A DNA stretch of 63,678 nucleotides, counting the filler, from Stramenopiles sp. TOSAG23-3 (lineage: Eukaryota), in assembly GCA_900128585.1 (NCBI GenBank). It is 4 parts of 4 records of this genome, joined end to end, with 100 filler letters (N's around TTAATTAATTAA, not from the genome) between each part and the next. Parts side by side here need not be neighbours in the genome. Positions count along the whole stretch, not along the records: positions 1 to 29,590 come from LT642235.1; positions 29,691 to 59,224 come from LT642236.1; 2 more parts are not named here. The stretch is one strand, 5' to 3'. This document shows positions 20,331 to 29,692 of this stretch, piece after piece; position 1 is the stretch's first letter, and every line of letters begins with the position of its first letter. Under the pieces are notes generated by a model, which was given only the letters and a program-made list of their open reading frames with translations, searched no databases and had not been told where the DNA came from. The position numbers and the translations under genes are program-made.

Positions 20331-22130
20331 ATGTATCTGCTTCAAGTAAAAGGGTTCCTGCTTTTCTTTTGTGGTGTACTGACAACCGCGCAAGGCGTTC
20401 GTGTTGGTTCACAACCAAACCCTCCGTCGTGGCCCCAGTCGGTTGCGGTATTTGACCCGAGCGACGATGCAGGCACAATCATGGGGCGAGTCATGGCTGC
20501 ATTTGAAACGAATGGTGGGCACGATCCACCAAATCATGGACAGTTTTCTGACAAACGGTACGCATTTCTGTTCAAACCAGGAAGCTACAAAGTTGATGTC
20601 CCGGTGGGGTTTTACACTCAAGTGGTTGGCCTTGGTACTACTCCCGGGGAAGTAGTCTTCGAAGGTGAGAAGGGAGTGTACTCTGAAGAGGGAGATTATG
20701 GCATCGCCGGAGCGCTGTGTTCGTTTTGGCGCAGCGCAGAGAATTTTCGCACCTCTGCAAACTTCAAGTGGACGACGGGGACGGGCATGATGTGGGCAGT
20801 GTCGCAGGCCTCCCCAGTCCGACGCGTTGCGGTGGACAACAGCTTGGTTCTTTTCGAGTACCAGCCGCCGATCCCAGGGGCTGGTGAAGCTTCTGGGGGG
20901 TACATGGCTAACGTTCAAGTCGGCAATATGGTGAAACCCGGGTCCCAGCAGCAATGGTTTGGCCGTGACAGCACCGCAAACCAGATTCAAGACGGTGTAT
21001 GGAACATGGTATACTCTGGCGTGGACGGATCCCCCACGCCCCACTGTGGCAACGATGGGCAGGCTGCCATCACGGTGATCGATGCTACCCCTTTGGTATC
21101 TGAAAAGCCTTACATTGCGATCGCGTCGAATGGGAACTATTCCCTCATTGTGCCACCGCTGAAGCGCAACTCGCACGGCGCTGATCATACGGAGACTGGA
21201 ACTTCGATCGATTTCTCGAACGTGTACGTGACGGACCCGAACGATTCTGCCGCCGACATCAACGCAAAGCTGGCGATGGGCCTTCACGTTGTGCTGTCCC
21301 CTGCGATTTACAGCCTGAGCGAACCTTTGAAGCTGGCAACGAAGGGGCAAGTACTTTTGGGGCTGGGAATGGCGACCCTTCGCGCCACGAACGCAAACAC
21401 CCTCGTCGAAGTTGGGGATGTTGACGGTGTGCGGCTGGCCGGTTTCATCGTTCAGGCTGGTCCACTTGTGGGTGGGAAAAGGAGCCCGTCGCTGATTCAA
21501 TGGGGCACCGGAAAGTACGCTGGGAACGCAAACGACCCGGGGTTCTTACAGGATATCTTTGCTCGTGTTGGAGGTCCGGATGGTTCTCCCACCAACCCGG
21601 TCGGAGTGGACACAATGGTGCTGGTCAACTCGGGCCACGTCGTTGGTGACAACATGTGGCTGTGGCGAGCAGATCACACCGCGAACGGGCCGACGTATCC
21701 ACATTCTGGAAACGACTGCGACCATGGCCTTGTGGTGAATGGGGATGACGTATTCATGTACGGCCTCGCCGTCGAGCACACGTTGGCAGACTTGACGGTA
21801 TGGAACGGGGATCGGGGAACTACGTTCTTTTACCAATCAGAACTTCCATACAATGTGCAGGACTCTGAGTTTGGGGCCAAGGGCTACGCAGGGTACCGTG
21901 TGGCGGACGGCGTGACCCAGCACACTGCAAAGGGCGTTGGCGTGTACAGTTTTTTTGCTCTGTACAATGTCACCACGACGTCTGGCATCGTCTGCCCCCC
22001 TGCCCTCGAGTCGTCCTTCATGGACTCTCTGGCCGTAAAGTTGAACGGGAACGGGGGGATTACGCATGTGATAAATGGGAATGGAAACCCTGTCGTCGGG
22101 GGGCAAACGGAAGTAAGCTACGTCTGCTGA
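20331..22130 (+). CDS. Secreted glycoside hydrolase family 55 exo-beta-1,3-glucanase (laminarinase), bacterial type
   Basis: Signal peptide; RYAFLFKPG, VGFYTQVVGLG, FWRSAEN, WAVSQASP, ASGGY, GSQQQW, WLWRADH, YGLAVEH and FYQSELPY motifs as in actinobacterial GH55. Confidence 0.85.
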   Translation: MYLLQVKGFLLFFCGVLTTAQGVRVGSQPNPPSWPQSVAVFDPSDDAGTIMGRVMAAFETNGGHDPPNHGQFSDKRYAFLFKPGSYKVDVPVGFYTQVVGLGTTPGEVVFEGEKGVYSEEGDYGIAGALCSFWRSAENFRTSANFKWTTGTGMMWAVSQASPVRRVAVDNSLVLFEYQPPIPGAGEASGGYMANVQVGNMVKPGSQQQWFGRDSTANQIQDGVWNMVYSGVDGSPTPHCGNDGQAAITVIDATPLVSEKPYIAIASNGNYSLIVPPLKRNSHGADHTETGTSIDFSNVYVTDPNDSAADINAKLAMGLHVVLSPAIYSLSEPLKLATKGQVLLGLGMATLRATNANTLVEVGDVDGVRLAGFIVQAGPLVGGKRSPSLIQWGTGKYAGNANDPGFLQDIFARVGGPDGSPTNPVGVDTMVLVNSGHVVGDNMWLWRADHTANGPTYPHSGNDCDHGLVVNGDDVFMYGLAVEHTLADLTVWNGDRGTTFFYQSELPYNVQDSEFGAKGYAGYRVADGVTQHTAKGVGVYSFFALYNVTTTSGIVCPPALESSFMDSLAVKLNGNGGITHVINGNGNPVVGGQTEVSYVC

Positions 22131-22291
22131 TCGCCATTGAAACCTTTCGATTTTTTTCTGCTCCTTGTATAGACACCACAGCCTTAAATGTTAAGTTCTT
22201 AAGAAAAAGTAAAACTGGGTCTAAAATGTACAGATTTAATAAAATTTTACTTTTTACAAAAAGCAAAGAGGGAGGATTTCTCTTTGCTTTT

Positions 22292-23932
22292 TCACAACAG
22301 CTTCTTCACAAGGTTGTCGACCATTCGAATGAGGTCTTTCGCGTACTCGTCCTCTGGGTCCTCCAAAATGGCATCCTCCCATTCCTTCCGCCAAATCGAC
22401 ATAGACGTTTTCAGCTCGTTCGACTGCTTCCCTTTTGCCAAGCACCTGTTGTGCTCCTTCCCTTTCATTTTCCCCAACCGCTCCCCGACCAATATAATTG
22501 TATCGTACGTTCGCATGGCCTTCTCCCGGGACACATCGTCTCCGCAAGGCATGGCGGCCATGACGTCCACCATGAGGTCGCACCACTGCAGGCTCGTGAG
22601 GTGCTTCACGACCTGAACCCCATCGGACCCGCTCGCGTCGTTCTGCCCACCCAGCACTCCGACGGCGCCGATGGCATGGGTGAGGATGTCCCCGATCAGG
22701 GCGACCAATTTATTTTGCACACCGCACAGCTTTCGTTTCACAATAATCGTCTCCGGGGTCCACGCGACGGTCCCAAGTGCCGTGATGGGCCCCTCGATGC
22801 GGTTCGATGGTCCACGGCGCAGCGCGTTGAACACGTTCGTCGTGAGGACGTGCAGGGCTTCCCCACCCTGCTGGGCAAACAAGTGGTTTTCTGCCTCCAA
22901 CGACCCACGCACAGTGGCGCCGAGGCCGTACAGTTGCTTCCCCAAGAGCCCGATGTTGGCCTCGAGGGCCGCCAAGTTGAAGTCGACGCTGGAGGATTCC
23001 TCAACGAGGTTACCGGACTCCGCCCGCAGAACGTTCAAAAATGTGTCGATAGCCCCGAGGGCCTTGGCGGCTTTCTGGACTTCCGGGTAGTTCTTCACGG
23101 CCGTTCCGACGACCCACGCCGCGCTTTTGCGGACCTCGATGGACCGGTGGTCGAGCAGGTTGATGACCGCCGCAAGGCCACCGATGGTGGCAAAATCCAT
23201 GGCATTGTCCAGCTGCATGACCTCTTGCTCCATAGACGTGAGGACGCCGACCTTGTCGGTGTCGGACGAGGTTTCGTCGAGCAACACGGAGGTCCCCTTC
23301 TGCATCGCGTCCGCGGAGTCGTGGATGGCGTCCTTTGCCTCGTGCAGCTCCTTCTGCCGTTTCTCCCACAGTATTTTCATTGCAGCCTTGTACCGTTCCG
23401 GATCCATCTCTTTCTTTGCCGCCTGAAGGTCCGTCGGTGGTTCCGGAAGGGCGTCCAGGACCCGTTCGATCATCTTTGCAGATTTCATCCCGTCGTCCAT
23501 CGTCGGGAGGTCCGTGACGTTTTCCGGGACGGCGTACGCGTCGGCCACCACGGCCGGGTGGGCACCCGCCTGTTCGGATCGTTTCGCCCGTTCCTCGTCC
23601 TTTTTCAACTCTTCCGGGCGCTTTTCTTTCATCCGTCTTGCCCACTTGTCGCCGGTCTGTAAGTTCATCCGAATGTCTAGTCCTCCTGGGATGTGTTGGC
23701 CCGGGCGGACTTTTTTCCACTCCCCGTCCGGGCTTGGTTCAAAGATGGGCAAGTCGGACGAAAAGTCCGGGTTCTTCGGTTCCGTGTGATCTACCCCTAT
23801 GTCCCCGTTCGGAGCAACCTCTACCACGGACAGTTGCTGACTGGCAGGGTCCGCCGTGGCAGCGGGCAGCGAGATGAGGGGAAGGAGGACGAGGAGAAGG
23901 CAAGGTAATGCCGCCTTGGGTAGTACGTGCAT
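22292..23932 (-). CDS. SIL1: ER nucleotide-exchange factor SIL1 (BiP co-chaperone, ARM repeats)
   Basis: Signal peptide; EWKKVRPGQHIPGGLDIRMNLQTGDKWAR; LDNAMDFATIGGL; AAWVVGTAVKNYPEVQ. Confidence 0.85.
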   Translation of the reverse strand: MHVLPKAALPCLLLVLLPLISLPAATADPASQQLSVVEVAPNGDIGVDHTEPKNPDFSSDLPIFEPSPDGEWKKVRPGQHIPGGLDIRMNLQTGDKWARRMKEKRPEELKKDEERAKRSEQAGAHPAVVADAYAVPENVTDLPTMDDGMKSAKMIERVLDALPEPPTDLQAAKKEMDPERYKAAMKILWEKRQKELHEAKDAIHDSADAMQKGTSVLLDETSSDTDKVGVLTSMEQEVMQLDNAMDFATIGGLAAVINLLDHRSIEVRKSAAWVVGTAVKNYPEVQKAAKALGAIDTFLNVLRAESGNLVEESSSVDFNLAALEANIGLLGKQLYGLGATVRGSLEAENHLFAQQGGEALHVLTTNVFNALRRGPSNRIEGPITALGTVAWTPETIIVKRKLCGVQNKLVALIGDILTHAIGAVGVLGGQNDASGSDGVQVVKHLTSLQWCDLMVDVMAAMPCGDDVSREKAMRTYDTIILVGERLGKMKGKEHNRCLAKGKQSNELKTSMSIWRKEWEDAILEDPEDEYAKDLIRMVDNLVKKLL

Positions 23933-26152
23933 GATGGGGGGCAGGGGCGGACGACTCTCCTCTTTCGGTTGGGTTTGGGGTGGTTCACGTGGCGGCCGAG
24001 AATGAATTCGTCTTCCTCTTCAATTCACCTCAACTGTAAATCTGTCTTTCGCTGTTGATTTGTTTAATCTCAGTTTCTTGATTTTATATCTTGTATTTTG
24101 TTCGCGAGTTTGTTCAATTTGAATGAAATGAGATGACATGCATGATGGACAACTACTTGTTTTGTAATTAGTAGATTGGTAGACGACAGACGACTATTAG
24201 ATCGAGAGTTCAATTCATTCCATTAATTAATAATAAAATAATAATATTTTTTTGGTGGTTGTCCTTCTGTGTCTGTCTTCTTCCTTTCGTTCTTCTTCTT
24301 CTTTCTTCTTCTTCTTTTTTCTTTCTTCTTCTTTTTTTATTTTCTTCTTCTTTTTTTTTCTTCTTCTTCTCTTCTTTCTGTTTCTATTTTTGTTGCTTTC
24401 TTCTTTCTTCTTCTCTCTGATTAATTAATTATTTTTTAGGTTATTTAACAGGATCATACGATTGGGTTGTACTGGAGCGAAGACTGAAGAGAAGAAAGAA
24501 AATAAGAAAGAAAAGAAAGAAAGAAGACATTATCATCAATGTTGATTTTATTCTATATTATTATTAACCCTACTACTTCTATATATAATCTACTATTTAT
24601 TTAAGTGCTAAGTGCCACGTGCTACGGTGCTACGTGGCTTAATTAACACTTCACAATATCTATACTCTCGAAGTTATGTTATCATAGGGTACATACCCTT
24701 ATATTAATAAAATTAACATCTACACAATGAAGGAATTCAATGTATCTAATTTGATAGGTATTTAAATTCGTATTATATTGTGTTATAACTATGTCATTTG
24801 AAAAATGGAAGGAATCTCCAGAATTTAGAATTTAGAATTCCAGAATTCCTTTCTTTCTTTCTTTCTTTCTGAAAGTGTAAACAATGCTATGTGTATGTAT
24901 TATAATGATGTGGGTATGTTATTAGTTATTACAACAAGACCTAATGTTAACCATAATAGTGTTATTGTTAGGGTAATACAGGAGGTGAATGGATGGGAAA
25001 CGATTAATATGACTATTACAAGGATATAGCATTGAATAGGTAATTAAAAATGGAATGACTATTTCAACTATACAAATATGTGTAGTTATAATATATAATA
25101 TTAATAGGAAGAATTATATAATATCACAATGTGAACACTAGGACAAAACAAGTACTATCACTATGGCAAGAAGGGATAGTAGATTTTAATAGAATACTAG
25201 AATACAATTACAAGTACAGACGACAAAAAAGAAAGAAAGCAAAGAAGAGAATAATGTTAATTTTTTATTATTATTTTACTGTTTCTTTCTTTCTCTTCTT
25301 TCTCTTCTTTCTCTTCTTCTTCTTCTCTAAATTATAATTAATCTGTGGTTCGCTGTAGTTTTAAACTGACTGTAGTAGTCTATGCTGTATGGGTTTTAAG
25401 TTATTGGTTGGAGAGGAAAGAAAGAAAGGAAAGAAAGAAAAGAAAAGAATGAAAAATAATAAGTTAATTATTCTATAATCTATAATTAGCATTGGAAGAT
25501 GGAAGACCACTGGCAGGCAAGGCAGAGGGCAACTACTACTTCTATATTATACTTTTAATACATATTACTATACTATAATTATTCTATCTAATTAGAATAA
25601 AGGAAGAAAGAAGAAAGAGCGAGAAGACGACAAAAGAAGAAGAAAGAGAAGAAGAAGACAAAAGAAGAAGAAAGAGAAGAAGAAGAGAAAAGAAGAAGAA
25701 AGAAAGAAAGAAGAAGAGAAGAAGAGAAGAAGACGACGATGATGATTTTATTATTATCCGATCCGATCGATCGATCTATATAGATACATATCGATACTTG
25801 GATAGAAATTGATGGACGGTCGTACATTGTAAAGGAAGGAAGGAAGGACTGAATGAGATAGATAGATTAACTGTTTCTTTATTATCATTCGTTGATCTTG
25901 GGTTTTCTTCATTTTACGATACGAGGTATTGATATATATTTACACACGTGATATATATATACCTACACTATACTCCTTCTCCCACCACCGCCACTAATAG
26001 AGGAACACGATCGATAGTTATATACTACACGGGACGTACGTATATAAAAGGGGACTTCTTTGCACACGATTCGAAACGACAAACGATCGGCCTACCCATC
26101 ACAGCTGAACGGATTGCATTCGACATTCATTGGTTTGATACATAAAGTCTTT

Positions 26153-26322
26153 TGTACATATAAAACGACGGAGACTATATACATATATATCGTCAGACCA
26201 CAGAAGAACGCACCGCCGCACCACACCGCATATTGTATTGCTACCCCCCTTTCAAATATATATACAGCGCTGTACATATAACGCCTTGCATATACATCAT
26301 ACATACACAATCGTTGTAAATA
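26153..26322 (+). promoter_or_regulatory. Three Pumilio response elements (TGTAHATA) upstream of the PUF start codon
   Basis: TGTACATA 26153-26160, TGTACATA 26271-26278, TGTAAATA 26315-26322, all on the sense strand. Confidence 0.5.
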
Positions 26323-26346
26323 ACAAGCATATATATAAAACACGAC

Positions 26347-28767
26347 ATGTCAACCACGGAAGAGAAACACACACCGCCAGGGTTCGGAAACTCCTTCGGG
26401 GGGATGCCAGGCCTAGGTGGCACGGCAGGCAGCGGCGGCAACGGGGCCGCACCCTTTGGGGGGAGCATAAACCTTCCCGACGCCTCCCACCTTATAGACT
26501 CGAGGCCGGGCTCTGCGCCGCCAAACCTGGCCAACCGGAGCATTTCCTTGGGCGGGCTGCCCAAGGAACTCGCGTCCATGGTCGATGAGGACGAGATCCG
26601 TAGAAAGCGTCGCATGAACCCCAGGCTGCCGCCGGCGTCCTCGTGGGATTGGAAAGCGCAGCAGGGTGTTGGTGGGGGCCAGAACAACCCCGGGGGCTTC
26701 CAGCAGAACGCTCTCGCACCCGGGGATGGATGGTCCACCGCTTCCAACGGCAACGGCCAGCAGCAGCAGCAGAACGCGAACAAGTCCCTCCTCGACCGGA
26801 TCCAGCAAGACTTTCCCAGAACACCCTCCCCCGTCTTTGGAAACCTGCAAGGGTCCCCAAGCCCGCAGCAAGGCAATTACTACCAGCAGCAGGGCAAGCA
26901 GCAGCACATGCCGCAGAACAACTTTTTCCAACAGTCCATGGACTTTGGACACAACGGCGGGAACGGCGGCCTTAGCACCGCCTTTGGGGGGATGCAGATG
27001 AACCCCCAAAACATGTACCCCTTCAATAACAGCTACGGGGGGTTCCAAGGGAACAATGGGGGCGGCTACGGGATGGGCTCGAACTACGGTATTGGCCTCA
27101 ACCCGAGCAACATCATCGGGGGCGCCAGCAACGCCGTGAACCAGCAGCCCCCAGAGCAGCGCTCGTTCGCCAATGCCGTCAGCAGCACCACGTCCGGCAA
27201 GCCGAACAACAACTTTGGGAACGGCCGCCAGCAAGGACGGGGCAACCCTGCACCGTACGGCCAGGCCTCTGGGGGGAACATGTACCACCAGCAGCAGCAG
27301 CAGCAGCAGCAACAACACCAGCAGCAACCGCAGCAGCAGCAGCAGCAGCAGCAGCGCTTTCACCAGCAAGGGTACCCGCAGCAGCAGCAACAGTACGGGC
27401 AGCAGCAGCGGAACCGTGGGGGCATCGCTTCCCCGAGCGCCCCGCAAGCCCAGGCCCCGTACCCGACCAATCCCCCAAACGCGTGGGGAAAGAGCCCCTC
27501 CATCGTGACTGCCGCGGCAAACCCCCGCCGGCATCAGCAGCAGGGTCCACCACGGAACAACCACCACCACCACCAGCAGAACAACAACCGCAACAACAAC
27601 GGCGGGCGGGGCTCCGGCCGGGGTGGTGGCCGGGCCCAGGGCGGCGACGGTGGCCGGCAGCGTGGCCGAAACCAAGGCTCGCCGCAAAAGGGCGGGAACG
27701 ACCAGGGTGGCAACGGACCGCGGAGCGCGGTCTTGGACGACTTTCGGGAGAACAAGAGCAGCGCTGCCAAGATGACGATCAAAGCCATGAAAGGGCACGT
27801 GATGGCGTTCGCGCAGGACCAGCACGGCTCCCGGTTCATCCAGCAAAAGCTCGAGTTCGCGTCCGAGGACGACAAGCACCTGATCTTCGACGAAATAAAG
27901 GACCAGGTCTTGATGCTCATGAACGACGTCTTTGGAAACTACGTCGTCCAGAAGCTCCTTGACCATGGGCTGCCGCAGCACAAGCTCATCCTCACCAACG
28001 CCCTGAGCGGTAACATTCTCAAGCTCGCCCTCCAAATGTACGGCTGCCGTGTGGTCCAGAAAGCGATCGAAACCGTGACGGACAAGGTACGGTCGGACCT
28101 TGTCGATGAGCTCCGCGGCCACGTCGAGGAGTGCGTCCGGGACCAGAACGGGAACCACGTCATCCAAAAGTGCATCGAGCACGTCCCCCCGAACAAGGTC
28201 GATTTTATCATCGGATCGTTCTATGGGAAAGTTCTCGTCCTGGCGAAGCACCCATACGGCTGCCGTGTGGTCCAGCGGGTGTTGGAGTTTTGCACGCCCA
28301 AGCAGAAGGGCCCCGTCCTTCAGGAGATCCTGCAGGGCTGCAAAGAGCTCATCCTCGACCAGTACGGGAACTACGTGATCCAGCACATTCTGACCCGGGG
28401 CACGAGCGAGAACCGCAACTTTGTCATCGGGACCGTTCAGGACAACATCCTGGAGTTCTCCCGGCACAAGTTTGCCAGCAACGTCGTGGAAAAGGCCCTG
28501 CAGAACTCGAGCCCGGACAACCGTTCCAAGCTGATCCTGTCGATTCTGGAGCCGGGCGCGAACGGGTTCTGCCCGCTCCAAACGATGATGAAAGACCCGT
28601 ACGCAAACTACGTGGTGCAGAAAGTCTTGGACTTTGCACAGGGAAAACAGTTTGACCGGGTAGTCAGCACGATCCGAAACCAAGCTAACCAGTTGAAGCG
28701 CCTGTCCTGCGGTAAACACATATTAAACCGCCTAGAAGAGAAGCTAAACTCGATGGGAAAGAACTAA
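26347..28767 (+). CDS. Pumilio/PUF RNA-binding protein with Q/N/G-rich prion-like N-terminus and 8 PUF repeats
   Basis: Recognition motifs SRFIQ, NYVVQ, CRVVQ, NHVIQ, CRVVQ, NYVIQ, SNVVE, NYVVQ follow the canonical Pumilio set; polyQ near 27288-27355. Confidence 0.95.
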   Translation: MSTTEEKHTPPGFGNSFGGMPGLGGTAGSGGNGAAPFGGSINLPDASHLIDSRPGSAPPNLANRSISLGGLPKELASMVDEDEIRRKRRMNPRLPPASSWDWKAQQGVGGGQNNPGGFQQNALAPGDGWSTASNGNGQQQQQNANKSLLDRIQQDFPRTPSPVFGNLQGSPSPQQGNYYQQQGKQQHMPQNNFFQQSMDFGHNGGNGGLSTAFGGMQMNPQNMYPFNNSYGGFQGNNGGGYGMGSNYGIGLNPSNIIGGASNAVNQQPPEQRSFANAVSSTTSGKPNNNFGNGRQQGRGNPAPYGQASGGNMYHQQQQQQQQQHQQQPQQQQQQQQRFHQQGYPQQQQQYGQQQRNRGGIASPSAPQAQAPYPTNPPNAWGKSPSIVTAAANPRRHQQQGPPRNNHHHHQQNNNRNNNGGRGSGRGGGRAQGGDGGRQRGRNQGSPQKGGNDQGGNGPRSAVLDDFRENKSSAAKMTIKAMKGHVMAFAQDQHGSRFIQQKLEFASEDDKHLIFDEIKDQVLMLMNDVFGNYVVQKLLDHGLPQHKLILTNALSGNILKLALQMYGCRVVQKAIETVTDKVRSDLVDELRGHVEECVRDQNGNHVIQKCIEHVPPNKVDFIIGSFYGKVLVLAKHPYGCRVVQRVLEFCTPKQKGPVLQEILQGCKELILDQYGNYVIQHILTRGTSENRNFVIGTVQDNILEFSRHKFASNVVEKALQNSSPDNRSKLILSILEPGANGFCPLQTMMKDPYANYVVQKVLDFAQGKQFDRVVSTIRNQANQLKRLSCGKHILNRLEEKLNSMGKN

Positions 28768-29042
28768 ACGAAGAGGAAGAAGAGGGACGCGCGCCCCCGA
28801 CGACGACCCCAACCCGCACGGCCAACCAAACGCCGTGTGCCGCACAAATGAACATATTTACATACTCGTACATAATTCAAAATACACCTTATTTTTATAC
28901 GCATATACATATGTATACACTGACTGTTTTGGTAGACACGCGACCTGCAGCTGAATGAAGCGTTTCCCGTGCTTAACACAGTCGCGCAAAGCAGCCGGTC
29001 GACAGTACGAACCTTCTTCTGCCGAAACGGTGAGGACGAACC

Positions 29043-29279
29043 TCAGGCCAGCTTCCCGACCAGCAAGCGAGGGCCGAACTTTTTTATTATAGAAGGCTTG
29101 TGAAGCATGGTAAACTCTTCGGTAGCATCATTTCCAGCGTAAAGCATGACCACCTTTGCACCTCCAGGGTGGTCATCAATAAAACTACTCATATCATACA
29201 CGTTCCCGTTGATAACGACCCAACAGTCCCTCATCGTATTGTGCCGGGACACTTCCTGCAGAGATATTTTCCGTGGCAT
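29043..29279 (-). CDS. Small soluble cytochrome b5 heme-binding protein (78 aa)
   Basis: EVSRHN..DCWVVING.VYD...FIDDHPGG...AGNDATEEF..LH; no membrane anchor. Confidence 0.9.
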   Translation of the reverse strand: MPRKISLQEVSRHNTMRDCWVVINGNVYDMSSFIDDHPGGAKVVMLYAGNDATEEFTMLHKPSIIKKFGPRLLVGKLA

Positions 29280-29525
29280 CCTTCAACAACTATACTATCT
29301 ATCTTAAATTGTAAATATATGTATATAAAATAAATATATACTTGCTGCGATAATCAACCAACAACTCGGTAGCAACGCTGCCATCATTTAAAATCTTACT
29401 GTTCTCTTTTTGCTTGTATTCATTACTTTATTAGTCATTCTCCATATCAAAAATCAAAAATTAGTTGTTTGTTTGTTTGCGCGTTGGTTCGTTTAATTAT
29501 ATTTCTCTTTACTTCTTCTTCTTCT

Positions 29526-29526
<1 letters not shown>

Positions 29527-29589
<63 letters not shown>

Positions 29590-29590
29590 T
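29527..29590. repeat. (TTTC)n microsatellite at contig end
   Basis: About 16 perfect units. Confidence 0.95.
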
Positions 29591-29690
29591 NNNNNNNNNN
29601 NNNNNNNNNNNNNNNNNNNNNNNNNNNNNNNNNNTTAATTAATTAANNNNNNNNNNNNNNNNNNNNNNNNNNNNNNNNNNNNNNNNNNNN
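29591..29690. other. Artificial contig linker (N44-TTAATTAATTAA-N44)
   Basis: Six-frame stop oligo embedded in Ns; the same structure occurs at 59225 and 61452. Confidence 0.95.
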
Positions 29691-29692
29691 CC

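Noticed and set aside
23933-26100. Short ORFs or RNA genes in long AT/GA-rich divergent spacers (also 885-2215, 40725-42778)
   Set aside because: Low-complexity sequence; no tRNA, rRNA or structured RNA recognisable by eye.
26413-28719. 768-aa antisense ORF to the PUF gene (also 22226-23662, 18316-19605, 20409-21500)
   Set aside because: Shadow ORFs from GC3-rich codon usage; no recognisable motifs.
29310-29327. Two more TGTAHATA sites downstream of PUF, and one on the minus strand at 28855-28862
   Set aside because: AT-rich context; the + sites would need a PUF 3' UTR running through the cytochrome b5 gene.
29635-29646. TTAATTAATTAA palindromes within N runs (also 59269, 61496)
   Set aside because: Synthetic contig spacers; adjacency across them has no biological meaning.
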